Shown piece by piece: positions 24,810-38,267 of a DNA stretch of 64,000 nucleotides (positions are counted from its first letter, which is position 1; each line of letters begins with the position of its first letter). The position numbers and the translations under genes were made by a program. Source of the DNA: Adineta vaga (Eukaryota; Animalia; Rotifera); the NCBI GenBank assembly GCA_021613535.1, contig CP075493.1:16430001-16494000 (forward strand), written 5' to 3'. The notes below the pieces were generated by a model. The model saw only the letters and a list, made by a program, of their open reading frames with translations. It made no database searches and was not told the origin of the DNA.

Positions 24810-27800
24810 TTAAAAATGTTGATATGAATGTATAGTTTCAATTTCAAAAAGATTATAAATTGTTGTTCCTAAATCTAATGCTGCTTGAGCAAGTTGTGTT
24901 GTTGAATAATACATTGATGAAATAGCAATAAAAACAGAATCCGCTTGATCATTTGTAGCATAGGGAACAAAATTTGTTGTTATTTCTCCATTAACAAATC
25001 GTGTAAGATAATGTTTCAAGACTTGATCTGTTGCTTCTTGATGTTGATGTTGTAATTGAACAACTATTCGTTTAAGTTGAATAAGACATTGTTCATATTT
25101 AAATAGATCAGTTTTTATCAAATGATTACGATGATGAAATGATCCACGTATTAATTGAAAACATTTTGTTTGTGTTAAAGAAAAATAAGATGACCAAAGA
25201 TTTAAACAATCATTTAATTGTCGATTTAAATCAACAAGTTCATTATGAAGATCAGGAAGAAAAAGACCATTCGCTGCATGTAATCGAAGATCTTCCATAT
25301 TTGAACATTCACTAATTCTCATTACCTAAAAGAAAGAAAAGATTTCAAATAGAATATGTATTATAATTATTACGAACTGCAGTATTTATATTGTTTAACA
25401 TTCTATATAGATCAGTTTGTTGTTGAATAAAAATTCTATATCGAGTTTTCGAAAAACCTTTATTAAGCCAATGAAATGAAGGTTCAATAGATGCATTATC
25501 AACAAGAGTTCGTTGGTTATTAATTAATTGATGAAAACGACTTCGTTGAATATTAAAAAATGCTTCAACATCTGTTCGATTAGAAAAATCAGTTGACATT
25601 TTATCAGAATGTTCATGTTGAAAAACTTTGTCATAAACACAATGAATTGATTCAATATTTTCTTTACATAATTTTAATGTTGCTAAAATGAGATAAAATA
25701 AATTTTTATTGCTAATCTTTTTCTTAAAATACCTTGAATATTTTCTTTGAGTAAATCCATAGCAAAAACAGGAAAAAGAATTAATGTAAGAATCATTGCT
25801 ATTGAAATTCCTACTAGATTTTGTTGAATTCTAAGAAGAGCATAATTTCCACCAGGTAATTTATCTCCAAATGGTAATCGACCTAAATTAACTACAATTG
25901 GTGTTGAAGCTGCAACGGTAACTATATAACCCCACTGAGGAAATAATTTTAAATATCCACAAAGAAATATCCATGGTGCAAGCATGCCAAGTGTTCCATA
26001 AGTATAATTATTAGCTGATAAATACGTTATATACGCCCACATTGCACCTGAAATAGAGAGAAAAAAAATCTATAAAAGATCTTTATTGTACGCCCTTCAG
26101 AGACGAGCTGAGCAATAATGAGAATTTTTTCAACAACTCAGTCATTTCTTGAGGGATCATTTTCATATTGATGAGACTGAACTGTGCAGAAACTTTCACG
26201 ATGATTTCCCTCTTCTTTCAAAAGTTATCGGTTAAACGGACGGACACACTGATCGTTTCTAGTAGTGTATTCACCTATAATCAAATGTTTTCTTACCGAG
26301 TAAAGTTCCAATGAGTCTCATTTTCATTGTTGTAAATGCTCCTCCAACAGTATCACCTTGTGACATACAAAGAGCGACCATAATCCATATTCCATTTTCA
26401 AAAACAGAAGCTAATCGTGGAACCATGACGAAAACCGATCCAACACCAATGATAATCATACTTTTTACAGCTGATAGAAAACGAGACCATTCTGGTTTAA
26501 AATATTCTTTTAAAGATTTTCGTTTTTTTCGTTGTTTTGTAATTTTAGTTTTATTTACTGCTTTTGTTAATAATCTAACTATGGTACCAAGTTGAAAAAG
26601 AAAAAAAGCATGTGAAAGATGATCACGTGAACGAATTGTTGTTGATGATTGAAAAACTTGTTCAATTCGATGAAGACGAGCTTTAATGTAAGCTGAACGA
26701 AGGGAATCAAAACTTGTCTGAAGATTTAAAAGATGATTTTGAAATTCATCATGATTTATTGATGATGGAAGAAGATTCGAAATAAATTGAGTTTGAGCAG
26801 AACTTAAATTCTTCAAACTTGATTCTAATTCATTAATAAAATGTTGATGATATTCATTAAATTTACATTGTTTTACCATTAGTTGAAGTGAACATATATG
26901 TAATAACAATGTATTCATTAGATCTTCTTGTTCTTAACAAAAAAAAACGTACAAAAGTATTATCAGTCATAATGAAAATAAAAAGAAGTCAAAACCTTGA
27001 ATACTAAGATCAAAAATTTGTTTTCGTTGTCGATTAAATAATCGTTGTAAAAATTGTGATGGTTCATATCGAGCTTCGTTAAGTCTTGTTTGAATTAACA
27101 TCATTATTTCACGTATCATTTGTTCAAGAATCATTGATCGTGATAAAAATAGTTTGGAATTTATTTCATCTCGAGATAAAAATGCTTGAATAATCGTTGT
27201 ATGCATTTGTTGAAATTGATATAAACAATAATTGATACGATTTTCTATATCAAATGTTGCAAAAAGTGGAAAAATAAATAAAGAAACAAGTATACATATA
27301 AACATTCCAATGATATATTCTTCAAGTAATTCAAATGGAAATATTAATGGAACATTATTTTGATTAATTATTGTCGAAAAAAATAAACAATTGAATAATA
27401 AACTTAGTTTTCGTACAGGCATCTAATAGAATAATAAAAACAAAGTTCTGAACATAGTTCTTTCCCAATCGTTTACCTTTGTACATTTGTATGAAATACA
27501 AAATGATAATAGAAGAAAAAGAATTTCACCAACAATATAATTATGATAACCAAGACCGATTTTTTGTAGAATAAAAAAGAAGATTGAAAGAGGAACAATG
27601 ATTAATGTTATTCGAATATTTGTTGATAAAGTTAATCCAAATGTTTCTTGAATACATAGAATACTCATATTTGGAATCATAAATTTTAATGTTAAATGAT
27701 TTTGTAATTCACTTGCATAAGTAATAAAACCACCAATAAGAAAAGCAACTAACATTCGAAATGCAAATTGAAGATGTCGAGTAAATGATGAATGAATCCA

Positions 27801-27863
27801 TCGAAATGATAGTACATCGTAATTATAATTGAAATATATATGAAAGATTGTTAAAAGAGACAT
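24810..27863 (-). CDS. FUSC/ArAE (aromatic acid exporter / ALMT-like) membrane transporter, multi-exon
   Basis: Two hydrophobic halves; RHLQFAFR, GDTVGGAFTTMKMRLIGTLLG, ALLRIQQNLVGI motifs; six ORF segments joined by GT-AG introns. Confidence 0.8.
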
Positions 27864-29233
27864 CTATTAATAATGTTCTAAGATACTGCAAAGAGAGAAA
27901 GTAAATGAATTTAAGTAACTTGAATCTATCACGCATAACGCTTGTGCTTGAAAGAACGAAACAGAGTAAGATAATTTATCGAAGCACATGTTATACATAT
28001 TTATTAAATATGCACATAGACTTTGTCAATAGTAATTTATGTTTTTTTTCGTATTCTTTCGTTTTGTACTATGAGTACAAATAAAACTTGAGGAGAATGT
28101 CTATTTTGGTCGATCTCATATAGTTATTTTCGCCGCACTATTTGATCCGGATAAAGGCGGTGGAACACTTTCATTTTAAGGGAGGCTAAAAATATCGAAA
28201 ATGATGATCAGAGAACGAAGGAGAGGTAATAATTAACTCTTAGAAATCGTGAGTTTCTGCCAGGAGTCTCTTTACAATATTGTTAACACTGTATTTCTTA
28301 GTTTCTCAATGAACAGAGCTTCTAGAAGTAGAGTGTGCTAGGCGAAAAGTAAAAAAAAGTTCTGAATTTTATTTGTTATCTCATTCGTTGTGGTACTGTG
28401 CAAAGTAACTATAGCATAATTTACGATTTCTGATAGCCATTACCGGCAAGCGTGTCTAAATTTTGAATTTTTTCGTGAAAAATATACTATCTCTTCAGTT
28501 TTCTACGATGCTGTTGAAGCTCTCTCAAAAAAATAGACCATGTTCAATCTTCCCAAGTCTATAATGGCTCCTCTGCCTGTGTTTGCCTGTCTATGTCACA
28601 TTTTATTGCTTCGTATAATTTCTTAGCTTTTCGTATTCATACCTGAATTCGAGTTGCGTGCATTATAGAATTCACAAAATGAATATTTAAATAAATACTA
28701 TAGTAGCATCAATAAATATTCACAAGGAAAATATTTGATGATAATGGCAATACGAGAAATCATGATGTTTTGAAGTATAAGAGCGTTTAGAACACTCTTC
28801 TCACTCTTCCAAAAAGAGCTCTATGAATGCAGGAAATCAACGTTATTTATGGTCTAGTTGTCTATCGATTGATATATGACAGGCAGTGCATAAACTACAA
28901 TAATTCATTTTTCGAAAACAGAATTTGTTTTAGCTGAAACAGTAGTATTTAGTTAATTTCGTTGTTTTAATCCTTCAGCTGAGAGTCGAGCGAGTCACAC
29001 TCGACGAGCGCTATTTATTTTGTTCAAACTTTGAAATATAATTTGTGAGTTTTTTGTATCACATAGTACAATATTAATTAGACACGTACAGAAACTGCTA
29101 AAAGAATTCGCGTAGTTAGTCTTAACATAATTCATTATCAAATAGATGGTTGTCTCAGAGATGCACCACTGCCGTCCTAGAAAGCATCTGCTAGCACTCG
29201 AATCCAATCCACTAAACACCAGATGGACGAGAC

Positions 29234-29280
29234 GTGTGGGTGTGGGTATATTATATTCACCCACACCCACACCCACACCC
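29234..29280. repeat. Inverted telomere-like mini-element
   Basis: GTGTGGGTGTGGGT-ATATTATATTC-ACCCACACCCACACCCACACCC. Confidence 0.9.
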
Positions 29281-29899
29281 TTCTCCTTTCATTATTAATT
29301 AATGAAGAAAACGATTAACAAACGGTTTGACCTTTTTTAAATCTAATTATGAATAGTCTTCTAGAATTTTTTGATAAAATGACGAAATGAAACCGATTTA
29401 AAATAGATATTTTACCAAAAGTACATCACGTTTATGTGTTACTGGACCAGGAGTAATTCTAACATCAATTCGAATGTGCAGAATTTTGCATAGATTAAAG
29501 ATTATCATTGGTCAGAAATATAATATTGAAATGGTATTTGAATATAAAAAACCTTTTAGAAAAAGTAATTAGCCATCGTAGTACTGCGTATAAAAAGAAA
29601 TTTTATGGAAAAAGGACGGAAGTGGCGTTATCCTCTTCATTCACTTACATTCTCACTCTCAAAGAAAAACGAAATTTATTCTTTCACTTATGTTACAATA
29701 AATGTGCAGAACCTTATATGGAAAGAATAAAAACCATCACATAACTAAAGTAGAATATAAAAGTATATATAATAGAATTTATATCATTGATAGTACGTGA
29801 AGATGTAGATATGCATGAAGAAGAGTATGCCTTATAAATTAACATAGTACATCCATGTACATCTTTCGAAATCAGCTCTGTGACCAACCATCTATTTAT

Positions 29900-30250
29900 T
29901 GATCGATCACGCCCTCTTTATTCATTAGACTTGAATGCCTACTGATAATAAGGAAATTCCACAAAATCTTCTCAATCATTCAATCCGATCACTTCATTTT
30001 CAAAATGTATTTTGTTCAACCGAAAAAACGAACAAATATCAATGATCTTGTCAAAAAATTGCCGAATCTTCGTATATTAAAAGTTTGTTGTCAAGATGAT
30101 CAATGAAAAGTCTTGCTCTCAGAAATCGTGAAATATCAAAAGAAAATCGAATCAAAATAGAAGTAGTAGCTTGGATATGAAAACCTTGTCTATTAGTTAC
30201 AAGATACGGATTTTAGAAAAGAAATGTAAACATCTATTTAGACACTATTC
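29900..30250 (+). pseudogene. Decayed F-box/LRR C-terminal fragment
   Basis: QINDLVKKLPNLRILKVCCQDDQ-like translation near 30030-30105. Confidence 0.4.
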
Positions 30251-30620
30251 GAAAGGATTCATCGCCTTGATATTGCAAATACTTTTGCTTTTTTTTGTCA
30301 TTTTTTCCAAATTTCAAATTCGCACCGTTGTCCATATTGAGCAAGTTAAATTCTAACTATAATAATCATCTAATAGAACTGAGAATCCATTGCAATGTGT
30401 GTGAAATTATTATGACTGATTGTTCTGATTCAAACATTTTATCAGACACTTTGAACTTAATAATCGTTGAAATGATCTCAATTGATTAAGTTCAATCATC
30501 TGAACATTATAGAATCTATTAGTGGAATGTGTGTTCGTTTTTTCTTATTTAAAATTATACTATGCATTGAAAAACTAGAAGGACGATGTTAAAACAAGTC
30601 TTAACTCGATAAATAATCAT

Positions 30621-30720
30621 CAGAGCTAGGACGAGTACAAGTACAGCAAGTAAAAGTATTTTTCGGAAAGTACACCTACAGTACTCTATACTTAAACACT
30701 CGTACTTTTCCAAGTAAAAT
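30621..30720 (+). mobile_element. Left end of a CAGAGCT-TIR MITE (same family as 59005-59633)
   Basis: CAGAGCTAGGACGAGTACAAGTACAGCAAGTAAAAGTA closely matches 59005-59042. Confidence 0.6.
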
Positions 30721-31708
30721 GCACTTTTCGGATTCGACCTATATTTCCTATAAATCCTATGTTTTTTGAAAAATCCTATAATTTGTCCTATTTAGCGCTT
30801 GTTTTACCTATTTTTCCTATGTTACATCAAGAAAGGAAAGTAAATGTGTAAAAACCAGTCAATTTTGTTATATTTGTCCCTTACTCATCAAAGAATACAT
30901 ATACAGGGCTATACAGAAGTCGTGTACCAAAGAGGAACTTTGATATTTCCATTGGTGATAGAAGATCTCAAGGATAGAAAATATTGTATTCTCTCTCTGA
31001 TATTGCAGAATCTTACAAAAATTACCCCTTGCAGACGGACTTTCTACATATACCACTGGAAGTATTTCTCAAAATTTGATGATTATATATATACTTCAAA
31101 TCAATCAAAAGTGCGAAGAAATAGCGCGTTGACTGACTTTATGTGTTAGTAATCTTCCTCATCATATTTAAAAAGTACATGAACTACTTATATGAGAAGC
31201 GTTCCAAATTTTTAGCGAAGGTCTCGAATATATGCTACGATTTTTTTTGAAAACTTTATCTAGCAATGTTTTCAGATCTAAGTGTGATCAACAAAGAACG
31301 CAGCACTCTTTTTACCTTACAAGTATCGTATTTTTCAAATTTCACTTTGAAAAAACTAATAACAATTTCCAACAAAAACTCGCGTTTTTAGAGTGAGTGT
31401 GGTCTTCGCGTACGGCTGGCAAATTGAAGTTTCAAAAGGAAGCTTGTAAAAACAGGAACTTATAATACGGAGGAGGAAGTTAATGAAAGGGTTGATCTTT
31501 TCAAACAAAACCGTTTTCGAAGGGTTAATTGTTTGCTTAGTTGTCTTTTTGCTTATGCTCATACTTTACTGATTAGCTCAGACATAAGAGTCCAAACGAA
31601 AATGATTCTTTTCAACAAAACTTGACTGAACGGTGATCGGATTGAAGGAGCGCAAAGCCTAAATTAATCTGTAAAAATTATGTAAAGTAATGTCTTACTC
31701 ATATTTTA

Positions 31709-31793
31709 GGGTGTGGGTGTGGGCGAGGATCTGAGAGTGGATGTTAGAAACAATGATTACTCTCACCCACACCCACACCCACGCCTTCAAGAT
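31709..31793. repeat. Inverted telomere-like mini-element upstream of a truncated alpha-2-macroglobulin gene
   Basis: GGGTGTGGGTGTGGGCGAGG...CTCACCCACACCCACACCCACGCCTTCAAGAT. Confidence 0.85.
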
Positions 31794-31854
31794 ATTTGTG
31801 CAGTATTCGTGATGAGTTTTGAGAACTCATATGTAAATTCAAAGTGCTAATTAA

Positions 31855-33645
31855 AGAAACCCTGACTGCTAAAGTCTGGCATCAATATAAGGTATTGTAA
31901 TTATTGTGGTCAACATCAATATAAAGATCGAACAACAAATATAAATACAATTGATATTCCAATAGAATTTATCTTATCGAAATCAAATCAGAAGAATTTA
32001 ATTATACAAAAAAATGGTCAAGGTCGATTATATTATCGTGTTGGATTAAATTATGTACCAACAAATTTACAGTTAAATTCAGTTAATTATGGTTTTAAAA
32101 CTGAACGAACATATGTAGCTATTGATAATTCATCACATGTAGAAAAACGGAGAGATGTAATATGGCCCCAGGTCGAAAAATCAGACGTAAGAACATACAC
32201 TATCATATAAGATCGTACTCGTACAAGATTTTTCATCTGATCCTGGCACAAAAATCGTATAATATCTTACATATTTGGTTTTTTCAAGATTCCGTCAGTT
32301 TCCGATTGGCAGATGCGTGCTAAAATCTTGCAAGACTCAGATGAGCAGATTCATATAGGATCTAACAGACTGCCTCTTATAAGAGCTTATCAGATCTGAT
32401 CTGAATCAGACGCAACAAATCATATAATACATCTAAAACGCAGATCATGTCGGTAGGTGTACGATCATATGCGATTTTCTTTCCTTTCCAAATTCTCGAT
32501 TCCACAGTCTGTTTGTGATACATATAACTCAATAACAGTTAAAATATTCCTTCAAAAGCTAATGTCTCATAGTAACAACTATCTAAATGACTATACACTC
32601 AATGAGCTACTATCGTGAAAAACATTAATTTATTTCAACAACATTGATGCAAATGAACGAAAAGTATTGAAAAAATATCGACGCCAAAAACATTCATGCG
32701 GTTTGACAACAATCACTTTTTAACAGTTCCACCTTTCCCAACAAAACCCACACGCGACAAGATAAAATATAGACTATTAACCACTCGAAATTATCGGTCT
32801 AAAAACCTAACCAACATAGTTTATAGATGAAAAGAGACATGAAATTTTTTAAAAGTCACCTTCAAAATCTGTCGAAAAAATCCTCGGTTTTCCTATGTCA
32901 AAAATATCGATATAGTTATATCTATAGGACTTTGTTTTGTTTTTATATCGAAAATTTCGACGTGTTTCATCATTTAACGAGAGTTGTGTGTTTTGAACAC
33001 GCGAGAAATTAGCTTGAGAATATACTGAATACGATCTATTTATACAATTTTATATAGATGTTTTCGTTTGAAAGAGGACTGTTTATGAATAGGGTGTGCA
33101 TGTTGCAAAATCTATGTAAATCTTATGATAAGTTCAGATACGGTCAGACAAGATCAGTTTATCTGTTGGTGTACGAAACCTATACAAAGAATTGATGTAG
33201 AAAATCAGTGCCGACGATTTTTTGTGTGATTTTTCGTATGATCTTGACTCAATATCATATATGATCATATAAGGATCAGTGGCTGTTCTTACCATCTGAT
33301 TGTTTGACTTGGGAAGTTATATTACGAATGACAATAACACAACGACGATATCATATTGTATTAGTTGATTATTTACCAGCTGGTTGTGAAATAATCAATA
33401 AAGAATTAAAAGGTACACTGATCGGTGATACAAATTCACTTATTAGTTGGATTGAACACAGAAATTTATGTGATGAACGTGTTGAAGCATTTAATTCATT
33501 ATTATGGCCTGATATTTATCAATGTACTTATACTATACGTACAACATCATCTGGAATATTTATAATACCATCAGCAAGAGCAGAAGAAATGTATTCACCA
33601 GAAAATTTTGGTCGATGTGCTACAGAAAATGTTATTATCAAGTAA
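31855..33645 (+). pseudogene. C-terminal fragment of a bacterial-type alpha-2-macroglobulin gene, interrupted by a MITE
   Basis: LIIQKNGQGRLYYRVGLNYVP...NYGFKTERTY before the insertion; RRYHIVLVDYLPAGCE...ARAEEMYSPENFGR after it. Confidence 0.8.
32167..33313. mobile_element. Non-autonomous DNA transposon with ~28-bp CCCAGGT TIRs
   Basis: Left CCCAGGTCGAAAAATCAGACGTAAGAAC; right GTTCTTACCATCTGATTGTTTGACTTGGG; splits the A2M coding sequence. Confidence 0.8.
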
Positions 33646-33942
33646 ATAATAGAGATTTGATGACTAATAATCAGCTTCTTTCTTTCTTATACCACTTTAT
33701 TTACTCATTCCTCGCTTCTCCCAGATATGCACTTACTTAACTACCCATAATCAATGTGTAGTATCACATAATCCATCGGGGACACACATAATTTGAATAC
33801 TTTTCGTTCTTGCTTTTTTATATCGAAATGTTAAACATAAACAAAATTAAAGGAAAATTTTTATACAAATCGAGATTTAAAAGAAATCGTTTCTTTGACA
33901 AGTGATTGTTTTTGTTACTGATTATGTCATTTATTAGATATA

Positions 33943-34076
33943 TATCCTAAAAGTTGAGGAATATTAGTGGATTTGGTGTATTACTCTTTTTGAGTAACGA
34001 TATCGTTTCGTAGATTTCTAAGGTGCTTCTCACATATCTCGTCTTTCGAGCACTCGCCTTCTCAACTTTTAGGATA
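33943..34076. mobile_element. Small MITE remnant
   Basis: TATCCTAAAAGTTGAG ... CTCAACTTTTAGGATA inverted repeats. Confidence 0.6.
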
Positions 34077-35203
34077 CACTTTGCCTTTGAGTATTGTGAC
34101 GGCTAGCTGTCGATACCCAGCATAATGGTATCATGACATCTATGAGTCATATCCATCTTTATTTTGTAATGTGCTTAACGTTTATTTTGTATTTTTTATG
34201 AACATTCGCTGAAGTGTGTGATGAGAATGTAACCATTAGTGTCTTCTAATTATCTCCTTCGCTAGAGGAATATCCTTTACTTGTTTATAAGATACACTAG
34301 AATCTTTTCAATTTATTCATTGTTCGTAATTTACATATGTAGATGTCGATAGTGACAAGTGCATCTGTTATTTATAAGATGAAATTTATTTCAAACCTAG
34401 ATTATTATTGGATGTCATCGGTGAGCAATATCGAGTTGAAATAGAGGAAAACAATTTTGTCTTTATTTATTATACTCATCTGTTTGATAATATTCAAGTT
34501 CTAAAAAATTAGACCCTATAACAAAGATACAAAGTCAATCAGTAAATTATATATAATTGCACTATCATTTTCATCAACAAAAAATTCGATTATTGAAATG
34601 ATTCATTTCTTACATAAGTAAGTTGTTCTTTTTGTTGTTTCGTACTTTCGAGATCATTTTTCGTCAAGTCCCGATTCATATTATTTGATGTTGCATCACA
34701 TTGTTTTGCATTTTTTTCAGAGTTCATATACCATATGCTTTTGCGTTGTTCTTCGACTTTTAATTTTATTGTCAAATCGAACGAAAATATTACGATCGCA
34801 GTAAATCAGCAGAATTTAAAATCACCAGCATCTTGTTGGCAAATCATAAAACTGATCTACTACTTGAGAGCGTGGATGTGTCATGGCTTCTAGCCATCAC
34901 ATATTTTTGCTCGCTCCCTTATCTTATGGCGTGATAATTATATGATATAGTCATTGCTTGTTCTCATCTTACTACGTGTCTATGTTTCATGATAGTGGAG
35001 ACGTGTGAGAGTGGGTATTCGTTCTAGAAGATGCATGTTTTTTCCATTCATTGGATATACGGAGTAAAGTTTCACAGAGTGGAATGAGGCTCTAAGTAAA
35101 ATTTAAGAAAGACTAAAAATAGTAATCGCATGCAAACAGTAATTTTCTATTACGATCTTCTCCTTTCAAATATATTTAATTTTTTTTTGTTTGAAAGAGC
35201 ATA

Positions 35204-35283
35204 TCAAGATGCAGTTAAGTACGAAATCGTTTTTTAAAATGTAAGAATTTTAGAAAACGATTCTGTACTTAACTGCACCCTGA
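35204..35283. repeat. Imperfect ~80-bp palindrome, probably MITE-derived
   Basis: TGCAGTTAAGTACGAAATCGTTTT ... AAAACGATTCTGTACTTAACTGCA. Confidence 0.7.
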
Positions 35284-35961
35284 AATTCTCTGTGAAATAA
35301 ACAAACTTGAATACATTGAAAGAACCTGGATAGAAAAAACTGAAATGCGAACTGAGCCATTTTTGGTCTTTGTTTGATTTATATCTCTGTCAAACATCAT
35401 GATATTGGACTGAGAATTTTATCACAGCCTCTCCACATCAGTCCGTTTGAATGTACTTGACCATGAAATCAACTTTTGAGAGGACGGAGAAAGATCTTAA
35501 GGAACTAATAATAATAGGTAACGCTTCGCTATTAATAGATATCAAAATGCTGACTTCCACTGAGTTTTTCATTCTGAATTGTTTGATGACATGACCACTC
35601 CTTCGTTTAATGAGATATAAAGACTTGGTATGTTCATCGTGTCACGATATTATTGCATTATCTATCTAATTTGATTGAAATCTGTTCTTCTTTGACAGTC
35701 TCTAAACTATATCCTCTAGCAGAGTCATGGATCATGTAAACTTGTTATATTCTTCAGAAGCCTCACTTAGAAAATGTTCCACTTTTGAAAACTAATTCTT
35801 TACTATCGATAAAAATTGATCAATGAGTAAACAACCCCTTGAAAAAACTTCCTACTAGCGAGCACATGAAAAATCTTATTGAATGTCATTTTTTTCAGAT
35901 TCAAAGAAAAGAACACGTGTTACAGATTTTGTGAGAGTGATAAAATCGATAAAAATCAGAC

Positions 35962-36261
35962 ATGGCTTCATCAACCATAGTTGTCATCGCTAACGTCTAT
36001 GCTCGAGCTGATCAAATGAATAATATTCTTTCTATCCTTCGAAAATTAACAGAAGCTACTCGAACTGAACCTGGCTGTATCAAATATGAACTACATCAAG
36101 ACTTATCGGACGAAACGCACTTCACATTTATCGAAGAGTGGACAAATGAAGAAGCTTTACAACTTCACTTTCGAACAGAACATTTTAAACAAGCTACCGA
36201 AGATGTTAAAGAAGTTATTGCTAAACCAGTCGAAATTTTGAAATATAAGAAACTTCTTTGA
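35962..36261 (+). CDS. Antibiotic biosynthesis monooxygenase (ABM, putative quinol monooxygenase) domain protein, intronless
   Basis: TRTEPGCIKYELHQD...FTFIEEW...ALQLHFRTEHF family signature. Confidence 0.85.
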   Translation: MASSTIVVIANVYARADQMNNILSILRKLTEATRTEPGCIKYELHQDLSDETHFTFIEEWTNEEALQLHFRTEHFKQATEDVKEVIAKPVEILKYKKLL

Positions 36262-37594
36262 TTGTATTTCCATTAAAATATGTACTTAATTGAATTTATC
36301 TTTTTTTGCATACATCAATTAATAATAAATCTTAAGGATGTAGCCATAAAGCAACATCCACAATAGGAAAGAGTTAAGAGATCATACAAACCTGATGTGA
36401 TTGAAGATATTGACATTATTGTAGTTGTTTTTGTATTCAAACTTGTATTTTTTGTTCTATTTGTCATTGAAACTATTAAAAAATAGAAAAATTCCAATAA
36501 TTATTTTATTTGGAATTATATTCTTACCATATCGTCCGCAATAAATCGAAAAATCAATAACATCAACTATCAACAATATTATTATTAATATTCTCTTGAA
36601 GTAACATCGATTTGATGAAATAATTATGTCTAAATAAAAAAACAAAGTTCAAGATTAAAATATAAAACAAAAATATGAATAATTTACTCAGATGTTATAT
36701 TGATATTATTTGATGGTATTGTAAGTGAATTGACAGAATGAATTCATATTTGTCTTCTTCGATAATAATAGATTTCTGATATAATTCGAACTAATTTTGG
36801 ACAAATCCATTTGAGAACAATTGTTAAACCACCTTGAAGACCAAGAAAAAGTATAATTATATAAAATACATCGAATTTTTCCATAAAAGTATATGAACAT
36901 AATAATGATGAACATTCTTCAATAAATGAATGTTTTATTAATTCATTAATAATTGTATTTGATGGAAAATGCATCGATATATTTAAAAGAGGAATACAAC
37001 GAATACGTAAGGTTATCTTAAATTGATATAAACTTATCTCATAAATAAATCAAAATCTATATAATCTGTGCGTATTGATAGATATGTTAAATTTGGCATT
37101 GTGATTGATAATATAGATTGAATACTTTCAGTTCTTTTAATACTATTAGAGAGAGTTAGATAACGTAGATGTGGGTGTGTAACAAAGAATTAAAAATATT
37201 CAATAGGACTTTGTTGTTGGTCGTTAGCCTTGGATAATAAGAATGGTTTATTTTTCACATCTACATAAAATCTTTACGACTTTAGTGCAGGTAAAGCAAG
37301 TATTTGCTGATGTGTATCTGTTAGATTGTCGTCATTATTCAATACACCAATTTCTATAGTTAAAGAATAAAGACGCGATAAGCAAGTTGATTTACTGGAA
37401 AATCATTTGAGTACATCTACTCGGTCGCGTTTGAGACGCATCTAAATTGCAGCAATGAGAACGCGTTCCAGTTCAATTTTGAAATTAGGTCAAAAATACA
37501 TCAATTCACCTCAGATTCGAACAGAGTCGCTATCAACATTATATCCTGATGATCTTAGCTTACCTTAGTCTATGAATTGAATTTTTTACTTACA

Positions 37595-37670
37595 TGGCGA
37601 GAAGCAGATTTGAACATGTGAACCATCGATCAGAAGTCGCGAACATACACCACTGACCTATATTTACTCG
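37595..37670 (-). pseudogene. Degenerate tRNA-like sequence (tRNA pseudogene or SINE head)
   Basis: Minus strand has TAGGTCAGTGG (A box), CGA-CTTCTGA-TCG anticodon-arm-like stem, GTTCAAATC (B box). Confidence 0.4.
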
Positions 37671-37910
37671 AAATCTATTCTAGTTCAAATCATTATGTAT
37701 TTGACTATGCACTTTCGAACTTCTAAGTATGAACGTAATTATATTTGCTTCTTTCTACGAGGTAAATACAGCACCTTGTCGCGTTTTCTCCGAAAATTAG
37801 CATTTAATTTCAAATAAAATTTTTATACTTTTAGTCTTTTCTAACTTCAATCATATATGATATATTCTTAACAGCAATATAAACTGAATAAAATTTGGAT
37901 AAATCAGAAA

Positions 37911-38142
37911 GGGTGTGGGTGTGGGTGTGAGTGAAGAAGATGTACCTACATCCACACCCACCCACACCCACACCCACTCATACCCAAACCCACCCACCCA
38001 CACCCACACCCACTCGTACCCAAACCCACCCACACCCACACCCACACCCACCCACACCCACACCCACACCCACACCCACACCCACTCATACCCAAACCCA
38101 CCCACCCACACCCACACCCACTCATACCCACACCCACACCCC
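37911..38142. repeat. Largest inverted telomere-like element, with ~190-bp C-rich arm
   Basis: GGGTGTGGGTGTGGGTGTGAGTGAAGAAGATG, then an (ACACCC)n array with repeated CTCATACCCAAA variants. Confidence 0.95.
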
Positions 38143-38193
38143 TATGAGCAACGAAAGGGTCATCAGCGAAAGAAAGAGAAAATGGAGAAAAAG

Positions 38194-38267
38194 TGACCTT
38201 CGTGGGATTCGAACCTAAATCTTCTGCTATCCGGGCAGATGTCCTAGACCAGTTAGACTAGAAGGAC
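38194..38267 (-). tRNA. tRNA-like gene with non-canonical anticodon loop (CCGGATA), likely pseudo-tRNA
   Basis: Cloverleaf: GTCCTTC/GAAGGTC acceptor (1 mismatch), GTCT/GGAC D stem, TCTGC/GCAGA anticodon stem, GGTTCGAATCC; followed by TTTTT Pol III terminator. Confidence 0.6.

Noticed and set aside
29234-29280. Telomere-like elements as classical MITEs
   Set aside because: No TSDs seen, arms unequal, spacers unrelated between loci, and genes do not resume across them, unlike the true MITE at 53378-54086. Disfavoured but not fully excluded without a genome-wide search.
37851-38218. ORFs rich in WV, HT, PT and GC dipeptides
   Set aside because: They are translations of the telomere-like hexamer array, not proteins.
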